Positions 54,724 through 64,000 of a DNA stretch of 64,000 bases are shown here, one piece after another. The notes beneath the pieces were generated by a model. The model searched no databases. It was not told where the DNA came from and saw only the letters and a program-made list of their open reading frames with translations. The translations under genes were made by a program, and so were the position numbers. Position 1 is the stretch's first letter. Each line of letters begins with the position of its first letter. Source of the DNA: Candidatus Babelota bacterium (GTDB lineage: Bacteria > Babelota > Babeliae > Babelales > Babelaceae); NCBI GenBank assembly GCA_013288045.1, contig JABDCP010000003.1:1899-65898 (forward strand), read 5' to 3'.

Positions 54724-55499
54724 ACTATCCGGTAGCCAGCAAAATATTCTTTGAAGTAGGTACGACAATCCCATTTTTGAGATTTATCCTGTTGAAGATA
54801 CTTTCCTGCTTCTTCTAAGATGCGTTGTACCTTTGCAGAATCAGGTTCCTGGTCAAGTAGCCGTTTCATTTCTTTAAAGAGAAGTTTTAAGGCGCCTTCA
54901 GTAAAGTCGGTTGCTGGGTTATGTCCATAGCCAAGAAGTCGTAAATATCCTTTAACTTCAAGATCGGCATCATAGTTCGATTCTGTATCGATGATACAGA
55001 GCTTACCATCTTTTACGTGCAAATAGTTGTCATGAGTGAGACTAATATATTTAGTTTCTCGGATGAGTACAATAAGCTGGCGCATCTGCTCTTCAGTAAC
55101 TTGATGAGAACCTTGCGGATGTACCTTTTTTACCACGACACAATAGTTTACATTATTGACCTGGCGTGGGCGTCCCTTGAGGTGATAGATGCGTTTATCA
55201 GGCAGGGTGATAAGATCGAGATGATTGGTATCGATAACCTGCTGCATAAGTTCCATGCCCCAGATTCTACTTAGTCCAAACTTTACAAAGTAATCTGGAA
55301 GATCATCAAACGTCCAGACCCCATGTTGACCGCCATGCTTATCGACGTTCTTCAGCTTGGTAAATAGGGAGCTGCTATGCCGATCAAGAATCTTAGCAAC
55401 CTGCTGATCAACCAGGTACTGCTCTATATGATCAAGGATAGTGTAGGCTTGAGTGATCTGAGATGATATGAGTAGTAGGCTCAGGGCACCGCATTTCAT
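54720..55499 (-). CDS. Tandem family protein, subtype A (A1)
   Basis: 259 aa with a signal peptide. Motifs are HGVWTFDDLPDYFVKFG, PDKRIYHLKGRP, DGKLCIIDTE and WDCRTYFKEYF. Its ATG overlaps the upstream stop. Confidence 0.75.
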   Translation of the reverse strand: MKCGALSLLLISSQITQAYTILDHIEQYLVDQQVAKILDRHSSSLFTKLKNVDKHGGQHGVWTFDDLPDYFVKFGLSRIWGMELMQQVIDTNHLDLITLPDKRIYHLKGRPRQVNNVNYCVVVKKVHPQGSHQVTEEQMRQLIVLIRETKYISLTHDNYLHVKDGKLCIIDTESNYDADLEVKGYLRLLGYGHNPATDFTEGALKLLFKEMKRLLDQEPDSAKVQRILEEAGKYLQQDKSQKWDCRTYFKEYFAGYRIV

Positions 55500-56344
55500 T
55501 TGGTTCCTTTATCTCTTTTTTTTAGATAGTGCTGGGTATATTCTGCAAGGACTTTGATAATCTTTTCCCGAACCTTTGTATTTTGGCGACTTACGTAGAG
55601 GTCAAGATCAGAGAGGCATTTGTCTCGTCGTTTATCATCGGTCTCTAGTACGAGATGCTCAGCAATTTTATCAAGAATATAGGCAAGAGCTTCAGCCGTG
55701 TAGTAGTGCGAAAGGTTGCGGTCTAACAATCTAACAAAGCCGGTATTAGGCTTGTCGCGATTGAAGCTACCATCGGTGTCTATAAAGGAGATTCTTCGGT
55801 CTGACAATCTGAGAAAATTAGGCTCGAAGGTGCTTAAATGGCCCGTTTTTTCGATAAGCATAATAAATTGTTGTACCTGCTCAAGGTCCATGGGTATATG
55901 ATACTCGTCCTTGGAATCATGTACCTTTTTACAAATAACCACGTAGTTGAGGCTCGTAAATTCAGTAGGTCTTTCCTTAAGGTGATACAAATATTTTTCT
56001 GGAGTATGCAGAAGATGCAGGTTTTCCTCTTGAATGCATAGGGAGATTCGCTCACGCTTTACCATCCTTGAGACGTTATACTTAACATAATATCCGGGCA
56101 ACCATTTGAAGGTCCAAACCCCATGCTTTTGACGCTCCGTAGCATGGACCGCATCGACAAGACGTGCTAATTCCTTGCTATGCTGATCAAGTATCTCTGC
56201 AAGTTTTTCACTTACCCTATGGTGTTCAATAAATGTTTCATCAACTTCGAGCGAGCCAACTAAGCCTCCATGCAGTAGAGCTGCATGAACGACTAATGAC
56301 CCGCAGAATAAGCTCCTGCGGAGCTTTTGCTTCATCGAATTCAT
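55496..56344 (-). CDS. Tandem family protein, subtype B (B1)
   Basis: 282 aa. Motifs are QKHGVWTFKWLPGYYVKYN, LEQVQQFIMLIEKTGHLSTFEPNFLRLSDRRISFIDTDGSFN and YYTAEALAYILDKIAEHLVL. Confidence 0.75.
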   Translation of the reverse strand: MNSMKQKLRRSLFCGSLVVHAALLHGGLVGSLEVDETFIEHHRVSEKLAEILDQHSKELARLVDAVHATERQKHGVWTFKWLPGYYVKYNVSRMVKRERISLCIQEENLHLLHTPEKYLYHLKERPTEFTSLNYVVICKKVHDSKDEYHIPMDLEQVQQFIMLIEKTGHLSTFEPNFLRLSDRRISFIDTDGSFNRDKPNTGFVRLLDRNLSHYYTAEALAYILDKIAEHLVLETDDKRRDKCLSDLDLYVSRQNTKVREKIIKVLAEYTQHYLKKRDKGTK

Positions 56345-56451
56345 GTCCCCCTCTTTCGATGTTCTGGTCTTAACCCTTATTATTATAGCAATTTAGCTTT
56401 TAAATTTTCAATATTATTATTAAAATGCACATTTGAATTTTAATATTTGAA

Positions 56452-57261
56452 TTACCGTGCTTTGGCACGACCCATAAGGTCCTTAAAGTACTCTGCAAAA
56501 TAGGTCCTATAGTCCCATGAGGGCGGAGTCTCTTTCTCATCTATGTACTGTTGGATCTCCGCAAGAGTGGAACTGATCTCCGATGGTGATTGTTTGAGCA
56601 ACTGTTTTACCTCCAAGAAAACAAGCTGTAGAGCTTCTTTGGAAAGATCTTTGGTAAAGTCATGCGTTCTTATTAAGCGTAGGAACCCCTTCAGAAGATG
56701 GTCAGACTCGTAACGCGATTCGGTATCGATAAAACAGAACTTTCCATCTGTTGTACGTATATAATTAGGTCCTTTTCTATTGCGAGGACCTGCCATACTT
56801 ATATAGCCGGTCTCATGCATAAGCCGGCACAGCTGTTTCATCTCTTTTCCCGTTATGGGTGGTAGTTTGCGTGCAGCATGAACTTTTTGGATCACAATGG
56901 CATAGTTCCGGTTAGAAAGGGTGGTAGGGGTACCCTTTACGTGATATACCCGCTTGTTAGCAACGGTCAGTGAGCTCAAATGGCAGCGTTCCATTGCCTC
57001 TTTCATTTTTTCCAGACCAACTATTCTCGCGATACCATATTTAATGTAGTAGTCAGGGAGCCAATCAAAACGCCATACGCCATGTTTCTTTGAACCGGAA
57101 TCTACCTCTAAGAGTTTTTGAGCAATGATGTCGCTATGCTCGTCGAGGACTTCTGCGATTTTTTGATCTACGAGATACTGTTCAATATGAATTTTTTGTG
57201 CACACAGAGGTAAGCAGAGGGCGCTCGCCGCCAGAAAAAGCTGTATTCGTATACCTATCAT
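56452..57261 (-). CDS. Tandem family protein, subtype A (A2)
   Basis: 269 aa. Motifs are KHGVWRFDWLPDYYIKYG, NKRVYHVKGTP, DGKFCFIDTE and WDYRTYFAEYF. Confidence 0.75.
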   Translation of the reverse strand: MIGIRIQLFLAASALCLPLCAQKIHIEQYLVDQKIAEVLDEHSDIIAQKLLEVDSGSKKHGVWRFDWLPDYYIKYGIARIVGLEKMKEAMERCHLSSLTVANKRVYHVKGTPTTLSNRNYAIVIQKVHAARKLPPITGKEMKQLCRLMHETGYISMAGPRNRKGPNYIRTTDGKFCFIDTESRYESDHLLKGFLRLIRTHDFTKDLSKEALQLVFLEVKQLLKQSPSEISSTLAEIQQYIDEKETPPSWDYRTYFAEYFKDLMGRAKAR

Positions 57262-58097
57262 GGGCGCTCCTTTATGTTTGGCTTACGCACTTTAAGTACC
57301 TTGAGAGTTTTCTTGTGTGCCTTACGCCGCTCTTTTAGTAAGGTAGAAAGTTTTCGTGCAAGGGACTTTTCTTGATCTTCAAGCATGGTGGCAATCCGAT
57401 TGAGTGCCGTCTGGAGATCTTGTCCGTGGAGGAGCACCAGATGGGCAGCAATACGATCTACTATATATAAGAGTGCTTTTGAAGAATAATATGATGAGAG
57501 GTCGCGATTGAGAAGATCGATAATTCCTCGAATCGGATTTGCTTTATTAAACGTACCATCCGTATCAATAAAAGAGATTCTTCCATCGCTAAGTCTCAGA
57601 TAATTATGAGCAAACGTGCTGCAGTGGCCGGTTTTCTCAATAAGAGTGATAAACTGCTTAACCTGCTCAAGACTCATGGGCTCGGTATCTGCAGCAGGGT
57701 CTTCAGTGAGCTCTTCAACGACTATGACATAATTAAGATTAGATAGATTATAGGGCCTTCCTTTGATGTGATGGAGATACTTTTGCGGGACATGTAACAG
57801 ATTAAGACCATAGTCTTTGATGCACTTTGCAAGGACCTCCCTCATAAGAAGGCGCTTTGTATTGTACTTTACATAATAGTTGGGGAGCCAATCAAATTGC
57901 CATACACCATGTTTTTGATAGGGTGTACGATTAGTCTTTTGTGTAAGAGCTTCAAGGAGTTCGCTATGCTCATCGAGTATGGCGCTTATCCTATCATCCA
58001 CAAGGTGAGTCTGAATAAACAGCTCCTCTTTTCTTGCTACCAGGAGAGTACAAGAAAAAAGGGCCGAGCAAACCAGGATGGCATCTCTTAACATCAT
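57258..58097 (-). CDS. Tandem family protein, subtype B (B2)
   Basis: 279 aa. Motifs are QKHGVWQFDWLPNYYVKYN, LEQVKQFITLIEKTGHCSTFAHNYLRLSDGRISFIDTDGTFN and YYSSKALLYIVDRIAAHLVL. Confidence 0.75.
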   Translation of the reverse strand: MMLRDAILVCSALFSCTLLVARKEELFIQTHLVDDRISAILDEHSELLEALTQKTNRTPYQKHGVWQFDWLPNYYVKYNTKRLLMREVLAKCIKDYGLNLLHVPQKYLHHIKGRPYNLSNLNYVIVVEELTEDPAADTEPMSLEQVKQFITLIEKTGHCSTFAHNYLRLSDGRISFIDTDGTFNKANPIRGIIDLLNRDLSSYYSSKALLYIVDRIAAHLVLLHGQDLQTALNRIATMLEDQEKSLARKLSTLLKERRKAHKKTLKVLKVRKPNIKERP

Positions 58098-58864
58098 CGG
58101 AGTCCCCCCAGGTCATCAAAGTATTCATGAGCGTAGGAAAGGTAGTTCCATGCGTGGGGTTGCGGCTGTGCTTCTAGTTGCTCTCTGAGATAGGGTAGAG
58201 CGAATGAGATGTTTTCAGGATGCTTACGGAGCTCTTCTTTAATTTCCCAAAATATATGCTTCAAAGCATCTTTGGTATAATTTTTATTAAGATCATGCCG
58301 AGTTCCGATCATTCTTAAAAACCCTTTAATGCGTTTACTTGCATCAAAGATTCCTTCAGTGTCTATTAAACAGAGCTTACCGTCAGCCATTTGGATATAA
58401 TTAGTACTGGTCATATCAACATAATCTGCTTTGCGAATAATGGTGCAAAGCTGCTGGACCTGTTCAAGTGTAAGTGGTCGTTGTTTTCCTGCTGGCTCAA
58501 TAGCTTTTATCACCACTGCATAGTTGAGATTATTTTGTGTGTATGGCCTACCCTTAATGTGGTATACTCGTTTATCAGGCGTTGTGAGACAATCAAGATC
58601 GTAGGTTTCTATGCATCGCCTTATTCGCTCGACCCCTTTAATGCGTTCTAGGCCATATTTTATATAGTAGCCAGGAAGCCAATCAAATTGCCAGACGCCA
58701 TGCCATTGGATGGTGCTATCAATCTTTTTGATCTTTTTATAAATTTCATGGCTGTGGGCATCTAAGATAGCTTCGATGTCTGAATCGACAGCATATCTTT
58801 CAAAAGCACCCCAGCAACTACTTGCATATACGCTCAAAATGAGCACGGATGCTAGCCATTTCAT
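58094..58864 (-). CDS. Tandem family protein, subtype A (A3)
   Basis: 256 aa. Motifs are WHGVWQFDWLPGYYIKYG, PDKRVYHIKGRP, DGKLCLIDTE and WNYLSYAHEYF. Confidence 0.75.
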   Translation of the reverse strand: MKWLASVLILSVYASSCWGAFERYAVDSDIEAILDAHSHEIYKKIKKIDSTIQWHGVWQFDWLPGYYIKYGLERIKGVERIRRCIETYDLDCLTTPDKRVYHIKGRPYTQNNLNYAVVIKAIEPAGKQRPLTLEQVQQLCTIIRKADYVDMTSTNYIQMADGKLCLIDTEGIFDASKRIKGFLRMIGTRHDLNKNYTKDALKHIFWEIKEELRKHPENISFALPYLREQLEAQPQPHAWNYLSYAHEYFDDLGGLR

Positions 58865-59065
58865 ACCTTCCCCCTTTGTATGCCAATATGAGCTATAATC
58901 ACTACGGGTACATTTTGAGTATACTTAATTAAATTTCTAAAAGTAAATAGAAATTAAAATAACAAGCCATCGATTTTATAATTAGATTAATTTGGCGAGC
59001 TTGCCTCTGATGTGGTTCGGCGTTAGAATAAAAGAATTCGCGCATTATACCTAAAGGAGTTCCCT

Positions 59066-60634
59066 ATGTGGTTCAGCTTTGCTACGAGTTACCGTAACCA
59101 TAGAGAAGATGGGAACTGGAAGATGCTGGGTCTAGTCCTGGTGTTCTTCGTAAGTGCCCTCGCAGCTGATTCAAGAGCCCTTAAGGAGCTACAAACCAGC
59201 ATCTCTTCATTGATCGATCAGCCTAAGTTTGTCTCAATGCGTTGGGGCATGTTAATTATGACAGCCGATGGGCAGGTTCTTTTTGAACGGGATGCTGATA
59301 AAGCGTTTTTGCCAGCATCAACGATGAAGCTTTTTACTGGGGCAGTGGCTCTGCATGTCCTGGGTCCTGACTGTACGATGAGAACGTCTGTGTATACAAC
59401 ACAATCTATGCACGCTGGGGTCGTGCATGGAGATCTCATTCTCTACGGACGGGGTGATCCTACCCTATCTGGCCGATTTGAGCTTGAGAATCCCTACAGT
59501 CTAGATTCTTTAGCGTATCAAAAAACAAATTCAGGAATTGAAAGCTTAGCAGACCAGATCAAAGCACAAGGTATTAAGCGCATTACCGGTTCTCTTATCG
59601 GAGATGAGAGCTTTTTCCTCTCGAGGAAGCTCGGTCCAGGATGGGAATGTGATGATACACAAGCCTATTATGCTGCTGAAATTAGCGCACTGACGGTTAA
59701 TGATAATTGCCTATCGCTTACCGTGGCACCGAGCTCGATAGGAACAGCTCCTACCATTACCGTGTTGCCTCAAACAGAGTACGTAAAAATACTCAATACT
59801 GCTCGAACATCCGAGTCAGGGCAGACCTGTATTGGTATACATCGGCCGCTCAATAGCAATACTATCGAAATTTTTGGAACGATTCCTCGAGGAGCTAAGG
59901 AGTTCAAGTCGCTTATCTCGATTCATGATCCTGCACTATTTGCCGCGACACTTTTAAAAGAGGCATTAGCACGTCGAGGCATTAAAGTCATGCAAGGAGT
60001 ACGTCGTATGGATGCTCTTTCCCGAATGGCACAGCCCTGTGCCGTATCAAAGTTATTCGAAGTGGCACATGTTACTTCCCAGCCGATGAGCAATATAGTC
60101 AAACTTATGAACAAGGTGAGCCAAAATCTCTATGCAGAACTTTTGCTGAGGCACATAGGCATTGCTCAAGGGTCAGTCCAGGTGGATCAATATGGACGTC
60201 CACAACCAGCTGAAGCAAGAGGCAATGAGATGAGACGCTCTTTTCTTGAGATAGTTGGTATCGATCTGCAACCGCTGAAATTACATGATGGCTCCGGGCT
60301 TACGCGTCATAATCAATTGACCCCAAGGGCTACAGTACGCTTGCTTCACTATATGCTTACCCATCGCGAGAGTGCAAGTTTTCTAGATTCATTACCTCTA
60401 GCTGGAGTAGATGGGACTCTTGAGCATAGGATGAAAGGTACCTCAGCAGCGAATAATGTACGAGCTAAGACAGGGATGCAGGGAGCGGTAAATGCCTTAT
60501 CTGGATATGTTACCACTAAGAAAGGGCGATTGCTTATCTTTAGTTGCATCGCTAATAATTATATCGTGCCAACACCCGAGATTATGAAAATCTATGACCA
60601 AATCGGAGCACTTCTTGCAGACTACGTTGGTTAG
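59066..60634 (+). CDS. dacB: D-alanyl-D-alanine carboxypeptidase/endopeptidase (PBP4, peptidase S13)
   Basis: Motifs are SxxK (PASTMKLFT), SxN (SQN) and KTG (RAKTGMQG). AAGGAG lies 6 nt upstream of the ATG. Confidence 0.85.
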   Translation: MWFSFATSYRNHREDGNWKMLGLVLVFFVSALAADSRALKELQTSISSLIDQPKFVSMRWGMLIMTADGQVLFERDADKAFLPASTMKLFTGAVALHVLGPDCTMRTSVYTTQSMHAGVVHGDLILYGRGDPTLSGRFELENPYSLDSLAYQKTNSGIESLADQIKAQGIKRITGSLIGDESFFLSRKLGPGWECDDTQAYYAAEISALTVNDNCLSLTVAPSSIGTAPTITVLPQTEYVKILNTARTSESGQTCIGIHRPLNSNTIEIFGTIPRGAKEFKSLISIHDPALFAATLLKEALARRGIKVMQGVRRMDALSRMAQPCAVSKLFEVAHVTSQPMSNIVKLMNKVSQNLYAELLLRHIGIAQGSVQVDQYGRPQPAEARGNEMRRSFLEIVGIDLQPLKLHDGSGLTRHNQLTPRATVRLLHYMLTHRESASFLDSLPLAGVDGTLEHRMKGTSAANNVRAKTGMQGAVNALSGYVTTKKGRLLIFSCIANNYIVPTPEIMKIYDQIGALLADYVG

Positions 60635-60653
60635 TAAAACTGGGCCTAGGCTT

Positions 60654-61541
60654 TCAATCGAAAAACCACCCATCTTTAGGCTTGCAGACAAGTAGTATTG
60701 AGCATGCAATAAGCATTGCGCCACTTACTTGCCAAATTGAGGTTACCTCGCCAAGTACTTGTTGAGCTAGTACAGCGGTAAAGAGTGGTAGCGAAGAAAA
60801 GGTGATTAAGTTTACGCGTGAGACACCTTCATGCTTTAAGGCAGATGCATATAAGAAGATACTTGCGATGCTTCCAAGAAGGCTGATACCTATGAAAAGT
60901 CCCCACTGCAGTAACGTAAGATGACCGACTAAGCTTACCAACTCTCGAGGTGCAACGTAGGGAACAACAAAAAGAATGCCCGAAACTGCTGTTGCAAAGG
61001 TTACAAAAAGAGTTGAATAGTTCATGCTTACTTTTCTCAGTGCTTGGGAGTAAAGAGCTTGGCAGAGTACTGCCCCAAAAGCGAGAAGCTCCCCTGTATG
61101 CGTGCTACTTTGATAGGAGAGGATTTTGCCTTGAGTTACTACGAGGGTACTACCTGCGAAGCAAAGAGTTATTGCTGTTAGCTGTAGTCGAGTAAGTACT
61201 ATCTGTCCAAGAAGTGCAGCAAGTACTAGAATCCATAGGGGACTTGTGGCACTTATGAGACTAACTGAGATAGCTGTGGTATACGATAGTGCAGTAAAGA
61301 AAAAACTCGTATATATGAGTACTAAAAAGAGGCCCAGCATAAACATTCCAGGAATATCACGAGCTTTTACGTTCAGATATTCTTTCTGAGCGATAAAAAA
61401 GGGTATTAGTGCAACGGTTACTAGACTGTAGCGGATACAGGCAAAAGCTGCTGCTGACATGGAGGGGGTGAGGAGTTTCGAGGCTACCGTTACTCCTGCT
61501 CCTATGAGAGCACACAGAAGTGCTGCGAAAATATAGAGCAT
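60654..61541 (-). CDS. EamA/DMT-superfamily transporter
   Basis: 295 aa with 10 predicted TM segments arranged as two EamA-like halves. Confidence 0.75.
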   Translation of the reverse strand: MLYIFAALLCALIGAGVTVASKLLTPSMSAAAFACIRYSLVTVALIPFFIAQKEYLNVKARDIPGMFMLGLFLVLIYTSFFFTALSYTTAISVSLISATSPLWILVLAALLGQIVLTRLQLTAITLCFAGSTLVVTQGKILSYQSSTHTGELLAFGAVLCQALYSQALRKVSMNYSTLFVTFATAVSGILFVVPYVAPRELVSLVGHLTLLQWGLFIGISLLGSIASIFLYASALKHEGVSRVNLITFSSLPLFTAVLAQQVLGEVTSIWQVSGAMLIACSILLVCKPKDGWFFD

Positions 61542-61679
61542 ATATTCCTTACTAGTTTTGAGACGATAAATGAGTGTATCGTACTCCCACGGTGAATATC
61601 ATAGGACACTAGAATAAACAAAAAAAAATGATAAAGTAATACATAGTTTTTTTTTAAAAAAAAAGGGAGGTACTCTACT

Positions 61680-63077
61680 TTGATAGAGGCAGTACTCGGA
61701 GCGCATGCATTTGAGAAATCTGAAATAACCGTTATTGGAGCAGGGCCTGCAGGGCTTTTAACAGCTTATCGTTTAAAGAAAGCCGCTCTCAACGTTAAGG
61801 TTATTGAAGCTCGATCTCGAAGTGGGGGAAGGCTTTTCTCAGCACCCTCTATTCAAGCTGAGTTTGGCGCATGGTCCTTGGCAAATGGGGGAAAGCCAGA
61901 GATGTTTCAAGCATTGGCAGAAGAGCTCGGACTTGAAATAGACTATTGGCAAGCGCCTTTTAAGCGGTTAGGAATAGTGAGTAATCAGCTTAGTGATATA
62001 ACCTACCGTTTTATTCAATCGTATGATAATGATCCTCGGAAAGCTCGCAGTATTCTTGAAGCAATTATACTGGTATCTAAGTCAGGCCAAGAGGTATTAG
62101 ATAATTTTTATCCAGATGAACCTTTCCTTAAAGACTTCACGGAGAGGCTTTTGTGGGGCTATTTTGGTTCACGGGCCGCAGAACTCTCTGCTAAACTATA
62201 TAAAGAATCGATTATTCAGCTCTGTCTTGGCGGGATGTCAGATGTCTACAAGCAAGGTCCGCAACAAGCTCCGCTCACTCGAGTCAAAGGGGGCAATGAT
62301 CTGTTTACAAAAAAGCTTGCGGAGTTTCTGCGCAATGATATTACGCTTAACAAGCCATTGACGGCTATTGCAAGAAGCACGGGTAATCGCCTGCGGCTTC
62401 TTTTTGAGGATGGTGCGGCGAGTGAAACTGATCTTCTTGTGCTGGCACTTCCCGTTTCAGCATATAAAAATTTAACTATTGAAGAGGGTCTGGTTCCTCA
62501 GGACCGTTTAGAGAGCATTCGCAGTGTATGTCCAGGGAGTATAACAAAGATACTCATACCTGCCTTGGGAACGGCACGCCCACCTGGTTATATCTCGACA
62601 AATGATTATGGTGCTGCAATGAGTGAGCATGAAAAGTTTCTGACGCTCTATTGGCGTACTCCTTTTACACTTGACGCTTGTAAGGCCCAGGTTGCTAGTA
62701 TAGCACAGGCGCTCAAATGGGATCTTCCGACTAAGTATATTCATGTAGAGACAGATGATTTGCACAAGGACTATCCCCAGGATGCAGTTTACATAATCGA
62801 TTGGGTTCACGCTCCCTATATTAATGGCTCATTTTGTGCTTTTTCTCCCGCAAATGACCGGTTTGTACGAGCTGAAAAAATCGAAGGGATTGCGACGAGC
62901 ACTCTTTTTAAGCCATCAGGGTCCATTTACTTTGTAGGCGAAGCTGCAGGAACGAGTACTCCACCAGGAAGTCTTGCTGCAGCGTTTGAGTCTGCAGAAC
63001 ATATGGCCAGTCTTATTAAACAAAGATTATTATTTCTTTATAGCAATTCGCACCAGGATGTCCAGTTTCGACTATAA
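61680..63077 (+). CDS. FAD-dependent amine oxidase-family oxidoreductase
   Basis: Dinucleotide-binding motif VIGAGPAGLLTAYRLKKAALNVKVIEARSRSGGR and a C-terminal FVGEA segment. The TTG start is supported by a GGGAGG SD 9 nt upstream. Confidence 0.8.
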   Translation: MIEAVLGAHAFEKSEITVIGAGPAGLLTAYRLKKAALNVKVIEARSRSGGRLFSAPSIQAEFGAWSLANGGKPEMFQALAEELGLEIDYWQAPFKRLGIVSNQLSDITYRFIQSYDNDPRKARSILEAIILVSKSGQEVLDNFYPDEPFLKDFTERLLWGYFGSRAAELSAKLYKESIIQLCLGGMSDVYKQGPQQAPLTRVKGGNDLFTKKLAEFLRNDITLNKPLTAIARSTGNRLRLLFEDGAASETDLLVLALPVSAYKNLTIEEGLVPQDRLESIRSVCPGSITKILIPALGTARPPGYISTNDYGAAMSEHEKFLTLYWRTPFTLDACKAQVASIAQALKWDLPTKYIHVETDDLHKDYPQDAVYIIDWVHAPYINGSFCAFSPANDRFVRAEKIEGIATSTLFKPSGSIYFVGEAAGTSTPPGSLAAAFESAEHMASLIKQRLLFLYSNSHQDVQFRL

Positions 63078-63315
63078 TGCTAAGAATAAGCTTTTGCCCT
63101 TTCGATGCCGTTATTAATATGTTAGACCATTTGCTTTTAAAGCATACTTCATTACAATGATTCTATATAATCAACCAATCTGGTTACCAAGCAATAAGGT
63201 AGCGCTTGCTGGTGGAGATTAGTGATAGCTGCTGGTGTATGTTGGTAGTACCTATGCGGCAGGAAAAAGAAAAAGATAGAGATAACGGGTTACTTTGTTC
63301 CCTGATGGAGGACTT

Positions 63316-64000
63316 ATGACAGTAGGTACTAATAAACGAGAAACGTTAAAGGTTATTCTCATCACGATCTTACTCTGTTGCCTTGGGAATACCGTGATTG
63401 CCCTCAACGCGCATAAGGCCCTGACCTCGGCGCTTATCAGAGGATTAGATGGCCAAGATACTGAGGATGATAGAAAATTGTTTTCAGCTATTCCTGATGA
63501 GTATGATATTGATGCTGAGAAAGCTTCAGGAAAGGCATTGCAAGGAATTATAAATGCTCGGCTAGATAAGGCTTTCGATGATAGAGACCATGAAAGTATA
63601 GATAACGTTCTACGAATTGCGAAGTATGTTCAGCCTAATCGCTCAAATACTTACCAGATGATACGGGTTCTCTATAAGTACTGTGAAACATCAAAAAATC
63701 AGAAGCAACCGTTTGATGCATTCAAAACCTGGTATACAGATTATCAAGTAGATGTGGATGATGTCACCCTACATGAAAATAGTAGAGAAACTATTGGTGA
63801 CGACATCACAGGAAGGCTCCTGTTAATCAAAGATAGGGAAACTATGGCAATGAATATTGCCGAGCTAGTTCATGAAAGGCGGAGTAAGAAAGGAATAGTA
63901 CTCCGAGATCTTTTCAAGCATCATGTAGACGATACTTTTGAAACAGCACCTTGGACTCGCGTAAGGCAGTGGCATGAGAGGCATCATGAGGATGTGGATA
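63316..64000 (+). CDS. Hypothetical protein with N-terminal TM/signal anchor (3' end runs off the window)
   Basis: ATG 63316 is preceded by GGAGGA. The frame is open to the window edge by my translation (MTVGTNKRETLKVILITILLCCLGNTVIA...). I recognise no family. Confidence 0.5.
   Translation, partial: MTVGTNKRETLKVILITILLCCLGNTVIALNAHKALTSALIRGLDGQDTEDDRKLFSAIPDEYDIDAEKASGKALQGIINARLDKAFDDRDHESIDNVLRIAKYVQPNRSNTYQMIRVLYKYCETSKNQKQPFDAFKTWYTDYQVDVDDVTLHENSRETIGDDITGRLLLIKDRETMAMNIAELVHERRSKKGIVLRDLFKHHVDDTFETAPWTRVRQWHERHHEDVD

Overview
This is a bacterial chromosomal window with a Gram-negative-type envelope (tolQRAB, dsbD, mrdA, dacB). It mixes housekeeping genes with a large share of accessory genes. 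Housekeeping: lon, trkAH, rpsB, tRNA-Ser, SRP RNA, dnaX, der, hpf, tRNA-Ala, cca, ftsH, rpmB, rpsT, nth. Two tandem ATP/ADP-translocase-type nucleotide transporters, a RING-like zinc-finger protein, a Fic protein, a TPR-like repeat protein and several expanded families of signal-peptide proteins suggest a host-associated or intracellular lifestyle. That is an inference; I cannot assign the lineage from sequence alone. Four loci stand out. (1) At 41.2-42.4 kb, three tandem promoter-leader-miniORF-terminator cassettes encode 40-41 aa secreted peptides ending in FPF. They sit between two paralogous polytopic-membrane regulators with a degenerate sigma-54-activator-like AAA+ domain and a C-terminal HTH, and one regulator is apparently co-transcribed with mrdA. 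(2) At 22.05-23.70 kb, an apparently intact IscB-type RNA-guided nuclease gene with a structured upstream candidate omega-RNA region lies between an intact tRNA-Ala and a 34-nt duplicate of that tRNA's 3' end. No transposase or integrase is present. (3) At 54.7-58.9 kb, five tandem, translationally coupled paralogues of an unknown secreted protein family alternate between two subtypes. (4) Four secreted paralogues share conserved termini and a variable core; two arose by a ~1 kb tandem duplication that also copied the 3' end of the neighbouring RRM gene. No CRISPR array, rRNA, integrase or TnpA was seen.
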